DNA of 64,000 nucleotides from Escherichia coli (GTDB lineage Bacteria; Pseudomonadota; Gammaproteobacteria; Enterobacterales; Enterobacteriaceae): NCBI RefSeq assembly GCF_024298765.1, contig NZ_CP101210.1; one strand, 5' to 3'. Shown piece by piece: positions 52,090 to 64,000 of this stretch (position 1 is its first letter; each line of letters starts with the position of its first letter). The notes under the pieces were generated by a model. It saw only the letters and a program-made list of their open reading frames with translations, ran no database searches and was not told where the DNA came from. The position numbers and the translations under genes were made by a program.

Positions 52090-53478
52090 ATGACCATTAC
52101 TCCGGCAACTCATGCAATTTCGATAAATCCTGCCACCGGTGAACAACTTTCTGTGCTGCCGTGGGCTGGTGTTGACGATATCGAAAACGCACTTCAGCTG
52201 GCGGCAGCAGGCTTTCGCGACTGGCGCGAGACAAATATAGATTATCGTGCTGAAAAACTGCGTGATATCGGTAAGGCTCTGCGCGCCCGTAGCGAAGAAA
52301 TGGCGCAAATGATCACCCGTGAAATGGGCAAACCAATCAACCAGGCGCGCGCTGAAGTGGCGAAATCGGCGAATTTGTGTGACTGGTATGCAGAACATGG
52401 GCCGGCAATGCTGAAGGCGGAACCTACGCTGGTGGAAAATCAGCAGGCGGTTATTGAGTATCGACCGTTGGGGACGATTCTGGCGATTATGCCGTGGAAT
52501 TTTCCGTTATGGCAGGTGATGCGTGGCGCTGTTCCCATCATTCTTGCTGGTAACGGCTACTTACTTAAACATGCGCCGAATGTGATGGGCTGTGCACAGC
52601 TCATTGCCCAGGTGTTTAAAGATGCGGGTATCCCACAAGGCGTATATGGCTGGCTGAATGCCGACAACGACGGTGTCAGTCTGATGATTAAAGACTCGCG
52701 CATTGCTGCTGTCACAGTGACCGGAAGTGTTCGTGCTGGAGCGGCTATTGGCGCACAGGCTGGAGCGGCACTGAAAAAATGCGTACTGGAACTGGGTGGT
52801 TCGGATCCGTTTATTGTGCTTAACGATGCCGATCTGGAACTGGCGGTGAAAGCGGCGGTAGCCGGACGTTATCAGAATACCGGACAGGTTTGTGCAGCGG
52901 CAAAACGCTTTATCATCGAAGAGGGAATTGCTTCGGCATTTACCGAACGTTTTGTGGCAGCTGCGGCAGCCTTGAAAATGGGCGATCCCCGTGATGAAGA
53001 GAACGCTCTCGGACCAATGGCTCGTTTTGATTTACGTGATGAGCTGCATCATCAGGTGGAAAAAACACTGGCGCAGGGTGCGCGTTTGTTACTGGGAGGG
53101 GAAAAGATTGCTGGGGCAGGTAACTACTATCCGCCAACGGTTCTGGCGAATGTTACCCCAGAAATGACCGCGTTTCGGGAAGAAATGTTTGGCCCCGTTG
53201 CGGCAATCACCATTGCGAAAGATGCAGAACATGCGCTGGAACTGGCTAATGATAGTGAGTTCGGCCTTTCAGCGACCATTTTCACCACCGACGAAACACA
53301 GGCCAGACAGATGGCGGCACGTCTGGAATGCGGTGGGGTGTTTATCAATGGTTATTGTGCCAGCGATGCGCGAGTCGCCTTTGGTGGCGTGAAGAAGAGT
53401 GGCTTTGGGCGTGAGCTTTCCCATTTTGGCTTACACGAATTCTGTAATATCCAGACGGTGTGGAAAGACCGGGTCTGA
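52090..53478 (+). CDS. sad: succinate-semialdehyde dehydrogenase Sad (YneI)
   Basis: 462 aa from MTITPATHAISINPATGEQL...; aldehyde dehydrogenase motifs ELGGSDP and catalytic Cys (GQVCAAA). Confidence 0.85.
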   Translation: MTITPATHAISINPATGEQLSVLPWAGVDDIENALQLAAAGFRDWRETNIDYRAEKLRDIGKALRARSEEMAQMITREMGKPINQARAEVAKSANLCDWYAEHGPAMLKAEPTLVENQQAVIEYRPLGTILAIMPWNFPLWQVMRGAVPIILAGNGYLLKHAPNVMGCAQLIAQVFKDAGIPQGVYGWLNADNDGVSLMIKDSRIAAVTVTGSVRAGAAIGAQAGAALKKCVLELGGSDPFIVLNDADLELAVKAAVAGRYQNTGQVCAAAKRFIIEEGIASAFTERFVAAAAALKMGDPRDEENALGPMARFDLRDELHHQVEKTLAQGARLLLGGEKIAGAGNYYPPTVLANVTPEMTAFREEMFGPVAAITIAKDAEHALELANDSEFGLSATIFTTDETQARQMAARLECGGVFINGYCASDARVAFGGVKKSGFGRELSHFGLHEFCNIQTVWKDRV

Positions 53479-53541
53479 CGCTATATATTCAGCTCTGATA
53501 TACTCGCAGGTCTTTTCAGACCTGCGGTCCAGGAGTAGAAA

Positions 53542-54468
53542 GTGGCAGTCGCCATGGATAATGCAATTTTAGAAAACATCTTGCGGCAAGTGCGGCCGCT
53601 CATTGGTCAGGGTAAAGTCGCGGATTATATTCCGGCGCTGGCTACGGTAGACGGTTCCCGATTGGGGATTGCTATCTGTACCGTTGACGGACAGCTTTTT
53701 CAGGCCGGAGACGCGCAAGAACGTTTTTCCATTCAGTCTATTTCCAAAGTGCTGAGTCTCGTTGTCGCCATGCGTCATTACTCCGAAGAGGAAATCTGGC
53801 AACGCGTCGGCAAAGATCCGTCTGGATCACCATTCAATTCTTTAGTGCAACTGGAAATGGAGCAGGGTATTCCGCGTAATCCGTTTATTAATGCCGGTGC
53901 GCTGGTGGTCTGCGATATGTTGCAAGGGCGATTAAGCGCACCTCGGCAACGTATGCTGGAAGTCGTGCGCGGCTTAAGTGGTGTGTCTGATATTTCCTAC
54001 GATACGGTGGTAGCGCGTTCCGAATTTGAACATTCCGCGCGAAATGCGGCTATCGCCTGGCTGATGAAGTCGTTTGGCAATTTCCATCATGACGTGACAA
54101 CCGTTCTGCAAAACTACTTTCATTACTGCGCTCTGAAAATGAGCTGTGTAGAGCTGGCCCGGACGTTTGTCTTTCTGGCGAATCAGGGGAAAGCTATTCA
54201 TATTGATGAACCTGTGGTGACGCCAATGCAGGCGCGGCAAATTAACGCGCTGATGGCGACCAGCGGTATGTACCAGAACGCGGGGGAGTTTGCCTGGCGG
54301 GTGGGACTACCGGCAAAATCTGGCGTTGGTGGCGGTATTGTGGCGATTGTTCCGCATGAAATGGCCATCGCAGTCTGGAGTCCGGAACTGGATGATGCCG
54401 GTAACTCGCTTGCGGGCATTGCCGTCCTTGAACAATTGACGAAACAATTAGGGCGTTCAGTTTATTAA
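53542..54468 (+). CDS. glsB: glutaminase 2 GlsB (YneH)
   Basis: 308 aa; serine-dependent glutaminase family. Confidence 0.85.
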   Translation: MAVAMDNAILENILRQVRPLIGQGKVADYIPALATVDGSRLGIAICTVDGQLFQAGDAQERFSIQSISKVLSLVVAMRHYSEEEIWQRVGKDPSGSPFNSLVQLEMEQGIPRNPFINAGALVVCDMLQGRLSAPRQRMLEVVRGLSGVSDISYDTVVARSEFEHSARNAAIAWLMKSFGNFHHDVTTVLQNYFHYCALKMSCVELARTFVFLANQGKAIHIDEPVVTPMQARQINALMATSGMYQNAGEFAWRVGLPAKSGVGGGIVAIVPHEMAIAVWSPELDDAGNSLAGIAVLEQLTKQLGRSVY

Positions 54469-54827
54469 TGCAGTCTCTCGATCCACTCTTCGTGCGTTTA
54501 TCCCGTTCAAAATTTCGCTCTCGCTTTCGTTTGGGTGTGAAAGAGCGTCAGTATTGTCTGGAGAAAGGCGCGCCAGTCATTGAACAACATGCGGCGGATT
54601 TTGTCGCTAAACGTCTTGCTCCGGCATTACCGGCTAACGACGGTAAGCAAACCCCCATGCGCGGGCATCCGGTTTTTATCGCTCAACACGCCACCGCGAC
54701 CTGTTGTCGCGGTTGTCTGGCTAAGTGGCATAACATTCCTCAGGGGGAAGCGTTAAGTGAGGAGCAACAACGTTATATTGTGACGGTAATCTACCACTGG
54801 CTGGTTATACAGATGAATCAGCCATGA
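54468..54827 (+). CDS. yneG: DUF4186-family protein YneG
   Basis: 119 aa, co-oriented immediately after glsB. Confidence 0.65.
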   Translation: MQSLDPLFVRLSRSKFRSRFRLGVKERQYCLEKGAPVIEQHAADFVAKRLAPALPANDGKQTPMRGHPVFIAQHATATCCRGCLAKWHNIPQGEALSEEQQRYIVTVIYHWLVIQMNQP

Positions 54828-54965
54828 TAATTACGGAAATCGATAAAATAGCATTCCCAGGATATCTTTAGTTGCCGCCGTTGTCAGCGAACATGCTATC
54901 CTTTCTAAGAATTTACTTATTGCGTTGAGATAATTGCCACCCGCAATTGTATGGACAGATAATTA

Positions 54966-56384
54966 ATGCATGTACAGCCCATTTCAACTTTCCGTTTGTT
55001 CCAGGAAGGTCATCTGCTACGTAATAGCATCGCTATTTTTGTGCTAACCACGCTGTTCTATTTTATTGGTGCAGAGTTACGGCTGGTTCACGAACTTTCT
55101 CTTTTCTGGCCGCTGAATGGCGTAATGGCGGGGGTGTTTGCCCGCTATGTCTGGCTTAATCGACTGCATTACTATGCGATCAGTTATGTGGCGATGCTGG
55201 TTTATGATGCCATAACCACCGAATGGGGGCTGGTTTCACTGGCTATCAATTTCTCCAATATGATGTTTATTGTTACCGTCGCCTTACTGGTCGCGCGGGA
55301 TAAGCGTCTGGGAAAAAATAAGTATGAGCCAGTAAGTGCCTTACGGCTATTTAATTACTGTCTGATTGCCGCATTATTATGCGCTATTGTCGGGGCGATT
55401 GGTTCGGTCAGTATTGATAGTCTGGATTTCTGGCCTTTGCTTGCGGACTGGTTCAGTGAGCAATTCTCAACGGGCGTGTTGATCGTGCCTTGTATGCTGA
55501 CGTTGGCTATTCCGGGAGTGCTGCCGCGCTTTAAAGCAGAACAGATGATGCCCGCCATCGCGCTTATTGTGTCGGTTATTGCCTCGGTAGTCATTGGCGG
55601 AGCGGGGAGTCTGGCGTTCCCGCTGCCTGCATTAATCTGGTGTGCCGTGCGCTATACGCCGCAGGTAACATGTCTGTTGACCTTTGTCACCGGTGCGGTG
55701 GAAATCGTACTGGTGGCAAATTCGGTGATTGATATCTCGGTCGGTTCGCCGTTCTCCATTCCGCAAATGTTCTCCGCACGTCTCGGTATTGCTACGATGG
55801 CGATATGCCCAATTATGGTTTCTTTTAGCGTGGCAGCGATCAATTCGCTAATGAAGCAAGTTGCGCTGCGAGCCGACTTTGATTTTCTGACTCAGGTTTA
55901 CTCACGGTCCGGTCTTTATGAGGCGCTGAAAAGTCCATCGCTGAAACAGACACAACATCTGACTGTCATGCTGCTTGATATCGACTATTTCAAAAGCATT
56001 AACGATAACTATGGACATGAATGTGGCGATAAAGTGTTAAGCGTGTTTGCCCAGCATATTCAGAAGATTGTCGGTGATAAGGGGCTGGTGGCGCGAATGG
56101 GCGGCGAAGAATTTGCTGTTGCAGTGCCATCGGTGAATCCTGTCGATGGTCTGCTAATGGCGGAAAAAATCCGTAAAGGCGTTGAACTGCAACCGTTCAC
56201 CTGGCAACAAAAAACGCTTTATCTCACGGTAAGTATTGGCGTCGGTAGTGGTTGCGCATCGTACCGAACGCTGACCGATGACTTTAATAAATTGATGGTC
56301 GAAGCCGATACATGTCTGTATCGCTCGAAGAAAGATGGGCGCAACCGTACCAGCACTATGCGTTACGGTGAGGAAGTTGTCTGA
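54966..56384 (+). CDS. dgcF: membrane-anchored diguanylate cyclase DgcF (YneF)
   Basis: 472 aa; N-terminal multi-TM region; C-terminal GGDEF domain (MGGEEFAV). Confidence 0.7.
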   Translation: MHVQPISTFRLFQEGHLLRNSIAIFVLTTLFYFIGAELRLVHELSLFWPLNGVMAGVFARYVWLNRLHYYAISYVAMLVYDAITTEWGLVSLAINFSNMMFIVTVALLVARDKRLGKNKYEPVSALRLFNYCLIAALLCAIVGAIGSVSIDSLDFWPLLADWFSEQFSTGVLIVPCMLTLAIPGVLPRFKAEQMMPAIALIVSVIASVVIGGAGSLAFPLPALIWCAVRYTPQVTCLLTFVTGAVEIVLVANSVIDISVGSPFSIPQMFSARLGIATMAICPIMVSFSVAAINSLMKQVALRADFDFLTQVYSRSGLYEALKSPSLKQTQHLTVMLLDIDYFKSINDNYGHECGDKVLSVFAQHIQKIVGDKGLVARMGGEEFAVAVPSVNPVDGLLMAEKIRKGVELQPFTWQQKTLYLTVSIGVGSGCASYRTLTDDFNKLMVEADTCLYRSKKDGRNRTSTMRYGEEVV

Positions 56385-56611
56385 CATCTTTATTCATTCA
56401 CAGCGATTTTAACGGAATGTGTTCTACCACTTTATTGAGCGAATAAAAGGCGTAGTTCCTCGATAAAACCATGATCCGCGCCACACTTTTCTCATAAAAC
56501 TGCTCATTAATCATCAGGAGTTGATCAAAACAGGGGTTCGGTGTATTAAAGTTTGCTAACCTGTCGTACCAATTCAAACAGGTTGTATGACTAATCAGAA
56601 GGGAACCCATT

Positions 56612-58063
56612 GTGAAAACACTAAATCGTCGCGATTTTCCCGGTGCACAGTATCCAGAACGTATCATTCAGTTTGGTGAAGGTAACTTCCTGCGCGCCTT
56701 TGTTGACTGGCAAATCGATCTCCTGAATGAGCACACCGATCTGAATTCTGGCGTGGTCGTTGTTCGTCCGATTGAAACTTCATTCCCACCGTCACTGAGC
56801 ACACAGGATGGTCTGTACACCACCATTATCCGTGGCCTGAATGAGAAGGGTGAAGCGGTCAGCGACGCGCGTCTGATTCGCTCGGTTAATCGTGAAATCA
56901 GCGTCTACAGTGAATACGATGAATTCCTGAAACTGGCGCACAACCCGGAAATGCGCTTTGTTTTCTCTAACACCACCGAAGCGGGTATCAGCTACCATGC
57001 GGGCGATAAATTCGATGACGCGCCAGCGGTAAGTTATCCGGCAAAACTGACCCGTCTGCTGTTCGAACGTTTTAGCCATTTCAACGGTGCGCTGGATAAA
57101 GGTTGGATCATCATCCCGTGTGAGTTGATCGACTACAATGGCGACGCGTTGCGTGAACTGGTGCTGCGCTATGCGCAAGAGTGGGCACTGCCAGAAGCAT
57201 TTATTCAATGGCTGGATCAGGCTAACAGCTTCTGTTCTACGCTGGTGGACCGTATCGTTACCGGTTATCCGCGCGATGAAGTGGCTAAACTGGAAGAAGA
57301 ACTGGGTTATCACGATGGTTTCCTCGACACCGCTGAACACTTTTACCTGTTTGTGATTCAGGGGCCGAAATCCTTAGCGACCGAGCTGCGTCTGGACAAA
57401 TATCCACTCAACGTGCTGATTGTTGACGATATTAAACCGTATAAAGAGCGCAAAGTGGCAATCCTCAACGGTGCGCACACCGCGCTGGTGCCGGTGGCGT
57501 TCCAGGCAGGGCTGGATACCGTAGGTGAAGCGATGAACGATGCTGAAATTTGCGCATTCGTTGAAAAAGCCATCTACGAAGAGATTATTCCGGTACTGGA
57601 TTTGCCACGCGATGAGCTGGAGTCTTTCGCCAGTGCAGTCACCGGACGTTTCCGTAACCCGTACATCAAGCATCAACTGCTGTCTATCGCGCTCAACGGT
57701 ATGACCAAGTTCCGCACACGCATCCTGCCGCAGCTGCTGGCAGGGCAGAAGGCAAACGGCACACTTCCGGCGCGCCTGACTTTCGCATTAGCGGCATTGA
57801 TTGCGTTTTATCGCGGTGAGCGTAATGGAGAAACATATCCGGTACAGGACGATGCACACTGGCTGGAACGTTATCAGCAACTCTGGAGCCAGCATCGTGA
57901 CCGTGTTATCGGTATCCAGGAACTGGTAGCGATTGTGTTGGCAGAAAAAGACCACTGGGAGCAGGACCTGACGCAAGTGCCTGGTCTGGTCGAGCAGGTG
58001 GCTAATGACCTGGATGCGATTCTCAAAAAAGGAATGCGCGAAGCTGTACGTCCGTTGTGCTAA
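56612..58063 (+). CDS. uxaB: altronate oxidoreductase UxaB
   Basis: 483 aa [30 protein letters not shown]...; mannitol dehydrogenase family. Confidence 0.9.
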   Translation: MKTLNRRDFPGAQYPERIIQFGEGNFLRAFVDWQIDLLNEHTDLNSGVVVVRPIETSFPPSLSTQDGLYTTIIRGLNEKGEAVSDARLIRSVNREISVYSEYDEFLKLAHNPEMRFVFSNTTEAGISYHAGDKFDDAPAVSYPAKLTRLLFERFSHFNGALDKGWIIIPCELIDYNGDALRELVLRYAQEWALPEAFIQWLDQANSFCSTLVDRIVTGYPRDEVAKLEEELGYHDGFLDTAEHFYLFVIQGPKSLATELRLDKYPLNVLIVDDIKPYKERKVAILNGAHTALVPVAFQAGLDTVGEAMNDAEICAFVEKAIYEEIIPVLDLPRDELESFASAVTGRFRNPYIKHQLLSIALNGMTKFRTRILPQLLAGQKANGTLPARLTFALAALIAFYRGERNGETYPVQDDAHWLERYQQLWSQHRDRVIGIQELVAIVLAEKDHWEQDLTQVPGLVEQVANDLDAILKKGMREAVRPLC

Positions 58064-58259
58064 TACTCTGAACCCGGTTTCGACCGGGTTTCTTATTTCA
58101 CTATATTTGTTACAACATCCTATGCGCCTTTATCATTAACAGGTGCCACATGCAGCACCTGTTAATGTTGTAAGCTTGTAGGTAATTTGTAAGTAGTGTC
58201 TTGAGAATGTGATCGTAATCACGTTTAATAGGGCGACTTTTCCACGCCTGAAGATAACC

Positions 58260-59174
58260 ATGATTGTTCGTCCACAACAACACTGGCTGCGCCGTATTTT
58301 TGTCTGGCACGGTTCAGTATTATCCAAGATATCCTCGCGCTTACTACTCAATTTTCTCTTTTCTATCGCTGTTATTTTCATGCTGCCCTGGTACACGCAT
58401 TTGGGCATTAAATTCACCCTCGCACCGTTCAGCATTCTCGGTGTCGCCATCGCCATTTTTCTTGGTTTTCGTAATAATGCCGGTTACGCCCGTTACGTTG
58501 AAGCGCGAAAACTTTGGGGGCAGTTGATGATTGCCTCGCGGTCGTTACTGCGCGAGGTAAAAACGACATTGCCGGATTCGGCAAGTGTAAGGGAGTTTGC
58601 CCGGCTGCAAATCGCCTTCGCCCACTGTTTACGCATGACATTACGCAAACAGCCACAGGCGGAAGTGCTGGCTCATTATCTCAAGACTGAAGATCTTCAG
58701 CGTGTACTGGCTTCTAACTCTCCAGCTAACCGCATCTTGTTAATAATGGGGGAGTGGTTGGCGGTTCAGCGACGCAATGGACAACTTTCAGATATCCTGT
58801 TTATTAGCCTCAACGATCGGCTTAATGATATTTCAGTGGTCCTGGCAGGATGCGAGCGCATTGCCTATACGCCAATTCCCTTTGCCTACACCCTGATTTT
58901 GCATCGCACCGTGTATCTGTTTTGTATCATGCTGCCGTTTGCGCTGGTCGTGGACCTGCATTACATGACGCCTTTTATCTCTGTGCTGATTTCCTACACT
59001 TTTATTTCGCTGGATTGTCTGGCGGAAGAACTGGAAGATCCCTTCGGTACTGAAAACAATGACTTACCGCTGGATGCCATCTGCAACGCTATTGAAATTG
59101 ACCTGTTACAGATGAACGATGAAGCAGAAATTCCAGCGAAAATTCTTCCCGATCGCCATTACCAGCTGACGTGA
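58260..59174 (+). CDS. yneE: bestrophin-family membrane protein YneE
   Basis: 304 aa from internal Met (MIVRPQQHW...). Confidence 0.65.
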   Translation: MIVRPQQHWLRRIFVWHGSVLSKISSRLLLNFLFSIAVIFMLPWYTHLGIKFTLAPFSILGVAIAIFLGFRNNAGYARYVEARKLWGQLMIASRSLLREVKTTLPDSASVREFARLQIAFAHCLRMTLRKQPQAEVLAHYLKTEDLQRVLASNSPANRILLIMGEWLAVQRRNGQLSDILFISLNDRLNDISVVLAGCERIAYTPIPFAYTLILHRTVYLFCIMLPFALVVDLHYMTPFISVLISYTFISLDCLAEELEDPFGTENNDLPLDAICNAIEIDLLQMNDEAEIPAKILPDRHYQLT

Positions 59175-59177
59175 TAA

Positions 59178-59936
59178 TTACTCCGTACGGCGGGCAACAA
59201 TAAACAGACGCGGAAATGCCAGCAATATCTGTCCGTTCTCCTGGAGGGGATATTGCTCTTCCAGCATCTGATGGTAGCGCGTAAGAAAATGCTGCTGTTC
59301 GCTCTCGGTCAGATCCTGTAACCACGGACGTAATCCAGTGGCGGTCACCCAATCGATAATCGACTGGTGCGACGGCATCTGGTGATAGTAAGTGGTTCGC
59401 CAGATATCGACCTCACATCCGGCTTCACTCAGAATATCGTAGTAAGCATGAACGCCAGCCAGCGGCTCACGCCCGCGATCCGGATAATTTTGTTCCCAGG
59501 CGACTTCGCGCATGAGCACATGGGTTGGCTCTAGCCAGTTATCTGGCATCTGTACTGCCAACACACCATGCGAATTAAGTAAAGAAACCAGATGAGGGAA
59601 CAATTCGTAGTGGTCGGGCAGCCATTGCAGTGAGGCATTAGCAAAAATCAGATCGAGTGCCTGTTCCGGTTGCCAGTTGCGGATGTCTGCTTCCACGAAC
59701 TGGCAGTCTGGCAAAGTACTGCGCGCTTCAGCAATCATCGCCGGAGACGAGTCGATGCCTGTTATCCTGGCCGCAGGCCAACGTTGATGCAGCAGGGTGG
59801 TGCTGTTACCTGGGCCACAGCCAAGATCGGCAACGTATTTGATATTCTCCAGCGGCACTCTGGCAAGCAGCTCCACCGCCGGACGCGATCGTTCAGCGGC
59901 AAAGTGCAGATATAAAGAGGGGTTCCAGTCAGACAT
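59178..59936 (-). CDS. tam: trans-aconitate 2-methyltransferase Tam
   Basis: 252 aa; SAM-binding motif DLGCGPGN. Confidence 0.9.
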   Translation of the reverse strand: MSDWNPSLYLHFAAERSRPAVELLARVPLENIKYVADLGCGPGNSTTLLHQRWPAARITGIDSSPAMIAEARSTLPDCQFVEADIRNWQPEQALDLIFANASLQWLPDHYELFPHLVSLLNSHGVLAVQMPDNWLEPTHVLMREVAWEQNYPDRGREPLAGVHAYYDILSEAGCEVDIWRTTYYHQMPSHQSIIDWVTATGLRPWLQDLTESEQQHFLTRYHQMLEEQYPLQENGQILLAFPRLFIVARRTE

Positions 59937-59992
59937 TTATTTACTCCCGTCAGCGCGTTACCCCAATTGTAGATAAAACTGATAAATTCGCC

Positions 59993-60283
59993 TCACGGCA
60001 TCAACCCATTGAACAGACGTTTTTTACGCGGCCCGGTCATTAAAGATTCCAGTTTCGCGACACAGGTTTTGTAGTGGGGCGTGGTTTTATGGAATGCCAC
60101 TGCGTCTTCATCTTTATAGGCTTCGTAGATATAAAAGCGCGAATTCACTTCCGGGTCCTGTAAGACATCGAAGCGCAAATTGCCTTCTTCCTGTACAGAG
60201 CCCAGGTGGTTCTGGCGAAAAACTTCGATAAACTCGTCAACCTTGTCTTCATGAACGTTAATTTCAACCAGTGTGACGTGCAT
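59993..60283 (-). CDS. lsrG: autoinducer-2 degrading protein LsrG
   Basis: 96 aa; antibiotic-biosynthesis-monooxygenase fold family. Confidence 0.9.
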   Translation of the reverse strand: MHVTLVEINVHEDKVDEFIEVFRQNHLGSVQEEGNLRFDVLQDPEVNSRFYIYEAYKDEDAVAFHKTTPHYKTCVAKLESLMTGPRKKRLFNGLMP

Positions 60284-60306
60284 AATTCTTCTCCTTAAAT
60301 CCGCAG

Positions 60307-61182
60307 TTACTGTTTTTCACTCAGATAGAGTTCATATGCCCGATCAGCCGTTTCGTTATGGTGTACCACCGCCTGTACGGCTTTCATCATCGCCACCGGA
60401 TGGTCAGACTGGAAAATATTACGCCCCATATCCACACCAGAAGCGCCCTGATCGATAGCCTGCCAGCACATTTCAAGCGCCTCGCGCTCCGGTAACTTTT
60501 TACCGCCAGCAATAACAATGGGTACCGGACATCCGGCAACAATCCGTTCAAAACCTTTATCGACATAATAAGTTTTGATAATCTGCGCCCCCATTTCAGC
60601 GGCGATTCGAGTCGCGAGCGAGAAATAACGCTGATCGCGCACCATATCTTTGCCCACACCAGTCACGGCCATGGTCGGTATTCCCGCTTTCATTCCGGCA
60701 TCGACCAGCTGAATAATATTTTTGATCGACTGATGTTCATATTCGCTGCCGATATAAACCTGCGCCGCCACCGCGCAACTGTTCAGGCGCACGGCATCAT
60801 CCATCGATAACGCCACGGCTTCATTACTTAACTCCGCCAGAATAGAGTTCGCACCTGACGCCCGCAGTACCACCGGCTTATTGGTCGCAGGGGGGACTAC
60901 GCTGCGCAAAATGCCGCGCGTACACATTAATACATCGGCATGTTCAAACAGCGGGGCGATATTTATATCAATGCGTTCAAGTCCGGTAGTCGGCCCCTGA
61001 AAATAACCATGATCAAAGGCCAGCATCACGGTTTTACCCGTTTTCGGATTAAATATCCGCGATAAGCGTGACTGCATTCCCCAATCCAGTGCACCGCAAC
61101 CTTTCAGGGTAAAAGGGATATTTTGTTGCGGTTGATCGGTACGAAAATCTTTACCATCTTTAATATCATCTAAATCTGCCAT
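60307..61182 (-). CDS. lsrF: 3-hydroxy-5-phosphonooxypentane-2,4-dione thiolase LsrF (aldolase family)
   Basis: 291 aa; DeoC/FbaB-like class I aldolase. Confidence 0.9.
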   Translation of the reverse strand: MADLDDIKDGKDFRTDQPQQNIPFTLKGCGALDWGMQSRLSRIFNPKTGKTVMLAFDHGYFQGPTTGLERIDINIAPLFEHADVLMCTRGILRSVVPPATNKPVVLRASGANSILAELSNEAVALSMDDAVRLNSCAVAAQVYIGSEYEHQSIKNIIQLVDAGMKAGIPTMAVTGVGKDMVRDQRYFSLATRIAAEMGAQIIKTYYVDKGFERIVAGCPVPIVIAGGKKLPEREALEMCWQAIDQGASGVDMGRNIFQSDHPVAMMKAVQAVVHHNETADRAYELYLSEKQ

Positions 61183-61208
61183 AACGTACTCCGGTTAAGT
61201 AATGCACA

Positions 61209-62231
61209 TCAGAAATCGTATTTGCCGATATTCTCTTTGTTGAATATCACGCGCTCCGGTAACAGTACGATGCCATTACCATCAGCTTCGTAGTCATAGC
61301 CCTGAACGCTGTTTGGCGAGACTTCCACCTGACCTACGCCCTGGATATCCAGCTTGTCGCCCGTTTTCATTGATCCTTTTTTCAATAATGCATCCGCGAC
61401 ATAAACTGATATTTTGCCTTGCTGAACCACATCCCACAGGCCAAATTCTTTCACCGTGCCGCGTTCCACATATGGACGCATCACGTTTGGCGTACTGAAT
61501 CCGACAATCGCAACTTTGTCATTTTTCAGGTTTTCTGCGGCTTGTGCGGCAGCGGGCAGGGCATTGGCATCGGGGGCGATAATGGCGTCGAGATCGCTAT
61601 AGGCTTTTAATATTCCTTCTGCGGTTTGTAACGATTTAGTGGCATCGTTATAGCCAAACTGCGTAGTGACAATTTCCCAGCCTGGATGCTCTTTGGCGAT
61701 TTTCGCTTTCGCTTCTTTCACCCACTGGTTTTGGTCCGTAACGGTGGGGCTTGAGTAGAAAAACGCGACTTTGGCTTTGTCTTTATTCACCTGACGCGCC
61801 GCCATATCCACCAACATACCTCCCAACTGGGCGGGCGTTCCCTGATTAATGTAGTAAGAGCGGCACTCCGGTTTAGTATCAGAGTCCCAGGTCAGCACTC
61901 TCACACCACGTTGCATGGCGCGTTTCAGTGCCGGACACAAGCCATCAGGCGAAACCGCAGAAACGATAATGGCGTTATACCCCTGATTGACGAAGTTATT
62001 AATCAACTGTACCTGACCAGAAACACTGGGTTCTGTCGGCCCGTCGTAGGTCACATCAACGCCCAACTCTTTACCCGCTTGTTGTGCGCCGTTGCCACCG
62101 CTGGTAAAAAATCCCACGCCAACCAGTTTGGGAATAAATGCAATACGCTCTGCCGCCTGCACATTCATAGAGATTACGGCAATGCCAAGCGCGCTAAGTA
62201 AGGCGATTTTCTTAAAGCGATGAAGTGTCAT
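61209..62231 (-). CDS. lsrB: autoinducer-2 periplasmic binding protein LsrB
   Basis: 340 aa with signal peptide. Confidence 0.9.
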   Translation of the reverse strand: MTLHRFKKIALLSALGIAVISMNVQAAERIAFIPKLVGVGFFTSGGNGAQQAGKELGVDVTYDGPTEPSVSGQVQLINNFVNQGYNAIIVSAVSPDGLCPALKRAMQRGVRVLTWDSDTKPECRSYYINQGTPAQLGGMLVDMAARQVNKDKAKVAFFYSSPTVTDQNQWVKEAKAKIAKEHPGWEIVTTQFGYNDATKSLQTAEGILKAYSDLDAIIAPDANALPAAAQAAENLKNDKVAIVGFSTPNVMRPYVERGTVKEFGLWDVVQQGKISVYVADALLKKGSMKTGDKLDIQGVGQVEVSPNSVQGYDYEADGNGIVLLPERVIFNKENIGKYDF

Positions 62232-62242
62232 GAAGATATCCT

Positions 62243-63235
62243 TTATGGCAATGGGTTATTGGCCCGACGCGCCAGCCACTCTTTAATTTGCTGGCGATGC
62301 AGGCTAACGGAACGACCTACGACAACGACGATAAGTAGCGCACCGGAAAGGGCGCTGGACACCTGATTTGGCACTCCTGCCATTTGCAAACCTTGTTGCA
62401 AATATCCCACTAATAAAACCGCTATGGCGGTGCCGATAATGGAACCAGAACCACCATAAATATTGGCACCGCCGAGCACTACGGCGGTGATGGCGGGCAT
62501 CAGAAACGACGCACCGAGATCGGAACGTGCTGAACCAAAATACGATACCAGCAGCACAGCGGCGACCGCAGACGCCAGCCCCGTCATGGCATAGAGCGCA
62601 CACAAGGTGCGGTTAACTGGAATCGCGCTATAAACCGCCACACGCGGGCTTTGCCCAATTAAAAACACGTTACGTCCGGCATGGGTTTTATGCAGCCAGA
62701 GCCAGAAAACGAGGAGACATATCAGGAAGATAATCAGCGGAACGGGGAGCCCCAGCACATCCAGGTTAGCGAAATCTGTAAACGCCATCGGGAATCCACC
62801 AATACCTTCGTACCCCGTCGCTCCGGCCATCCCGGAAAGCAGCAGGGCGCTTCCGGCAAACAGATACAGCGTGCCAAGCGTAATCACCAGCGGGTTAACT
62901 TTGGTATAGATAATTAATCCGGCGTTGATCAGCCCGCACAATGCGCCGAGCAGTAAGGTCAGAAGAATCGCCAGCGGCATCGGCACACCACTTTGAAACA
63001 GTACGCCCAATGCAATGGCGCAGAGGCCGATGGTCGAACCAAACGAAATATCGATCCCGCCACTGACAATCACCATCGTCAGCGGTAGGGCGACAATGCC
63101 AATGCAGATAAAGTCACTGGTGCTGAACAGCAACATATTGAGATCTAACATCCGCGGGTTAATTGCACCAAATGCAACAATCTCAATAACGAGCAGTGCG
63201 GCAAGAGCCAGTTCCCAACCGTAGCGAATACGCAT
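62243..63235 (-). CDS. lsrD: autoinducer-2 ABC transporter permease LsrD
   Basis: 330 aa, multi-TM. Confidence 0.9.
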   Translation of the reverse strand: MRIRYGWELALAALLVIEIVAFGAINPRMLDLNMLLFSTSDFICIGIVALPLTMVIVSGGIDISFGSTIGLCAIALGVLFQSGVPMPLAILLTLLLGALCGLINAGLIIYTKVNPLVITLGTLYLFAGSALLLSGMAGATGYEGIGGFPMAFTDFANLDVLGLPVPLIIFLICLLVFWLWLHKTHAGRNVFLIGQSPRVAVYSAIPVNRTLCALYAMTGLASAVAAVLLVSYFGSARSDLGASFLMPAITAVVLGGANIYGGSGSIIGTAIAVLLVGYLQQGLQMAGVPNQVSSALSGALLIVVVVGRSVSLHRQQIKEWLARRANNPLP

Positions 63236-64000
63236 TACGCGGCCTCCCGTTTTTTACCTGACGAAGCGGGTTTAACGGATGGCGGTGGCATCATAAAGCG
63301 GGCATATTTTTGCCGCCGCAGATTACGTTCCAGCGCACAACGCAGGCGTCCATCAAACACCAGCACCGCCAGCAGAACCATGCCCGCGATAAAATCATTC
63401 CACCATGCCGGAATGCGCAACAGCACCAGTACACTATCGATCTGCGTCAGGAACCATGCGCCGAGTACCGCACCGATGATCGCGCCGGAACCGCCGAGCA
63501 AACTAATGCCGCCCAGCACGCAGGCTGCAATTGCTTTCATCTCCAGCCCGGTACCGGTCTGGTTGGGGATAAAACCAATCTGCGAAGCAAACACAATTCC
63601 CGCCAGTGCCGCCATGCAGCCGTTCAACGAAAATGCCACAATGCGAATGGCTTCCGTACGAACGCCCAGTTGACGAGCGCCCTGTAAATTATCGCCCGTG
63701 ACATAAAAACTGCGTCCAAACGCCGTCTTTGCCAGCAGCCAGGCCATAAATGCCACCAGAATTATCGTCAACCAACCAATCGCGGAAACGCCAAACAGCA
63801 GCGGGGCGGAGAGTTGTTTCAGTTCGGCGGGTAATCCCTCAATCCATTTACCGCCAGTCCACAGCAACATGATGCCTCTGTACAACCCTAACGTGCCAAG
63901 GGTGGCAACAATGGCAGGGATCTTTAGCCACGCGACCAGGACACCGTTGAAAAATCCCGCGAGCAAACCAAGCAGTAAAGTCGCGACACAAGCAACAGGT
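63235..64000 (-). CDS. lsrC: autoinducer-2 ABC transporter permease LsrC (partial; 5' end beyond window)
   Basis: Open to the window edge on the minus strand; stop overlaps the lsrD start. Confidence 0.85.
   Translation of the reverse strand, partial: PVACVATLLLGLLAGFFNGVLVAWLKIPAIVATLGTLGLYRGIMLLWTGGKWIEGLPAELKQLSAPLLFGVSAIGWLTIILVAFMAWLLAKTAFGRSFYVTGDNLQGARQLGVRTEAIRIVAFSLNGCMAALAGIVFASQIGFIPNQTGTGLEMKAIAACVLGGISLLGGSGAIIGAVLGAWFLTQIDSVLVLLRIPAWWNDFIAGMVLLAVLVFDGRLRCALERNLRRQKYARFMMPPPSVKPASSGKKREAA

Noticed and set aside
56398-56667. 89-aa minus-strand ORF overlapping the uxaB start
   Set aside because: Overlaps the uxaB promoter and 5' coding region; no supporting signals; likely spurious.

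Overview
The window reads as an Escherichia coli chromosomal segment. The left ~35 kb is the right-hand part of a lambdoid prophage sitting at the Qin locus (integrated into the 5' end of ydfJ); unlike the cryptic Qin of K-12 it appears to carry a complete lambda-type packaging, head and tail module. Gene order left to right: an accessory/toxin region (a RelA/SpoT-type toxSAS-like gene, a small hydrophobic peptide, hokD, rem, ydfU-like, Q antiterminator quuQ), a late promoter and terminator, a lysis cassette with cold-shock morons (cspB, holin, ydfR, lysozyme, Rz/Rz1, cspI, gnsB, ydfO), a cos-like site, terminase small and large subunits, gpW, portal, a fused protease-scaffold-capsid gene, lambda-like FII/Z/U/V/G/GT/H/M/L/K/I/J tail genes, lom, side tail fibre stf, tfa, a serine invertase pin, and ydfK. 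The remaining ~29 kb is ordinary core chromosome: ydfJ (N-terminally truncated), ydfI, ydfZ, ydfH, ydfG, dcp, ydeI, dgcZ, mgtS, ydeE, eamA, marBAR-marO-marC, sotB, yneJ, sad, glsB, yneG, dgcF, uxaB, yneE, tam, and the 3' part of the lsr operon (lsrG, lsrF, lsrB, lsrD, partial lsrC). The most interesting candidate is a single-gene fused RelA/SpoT nucleotidyltransferase (toxSAS, CapRel-like) in a visibly AT-rich cassette, in the slot where K-12 carries relBE, immediately upstream of hokD; I read it as a candidate prophage-encoded toxin/abortive-infection module. All calls rest on reading the sequence and the ORF track plus recalled family knowledge; no database search was run, gene symbols are from memory of K-12, and start codons are approximate where noted.
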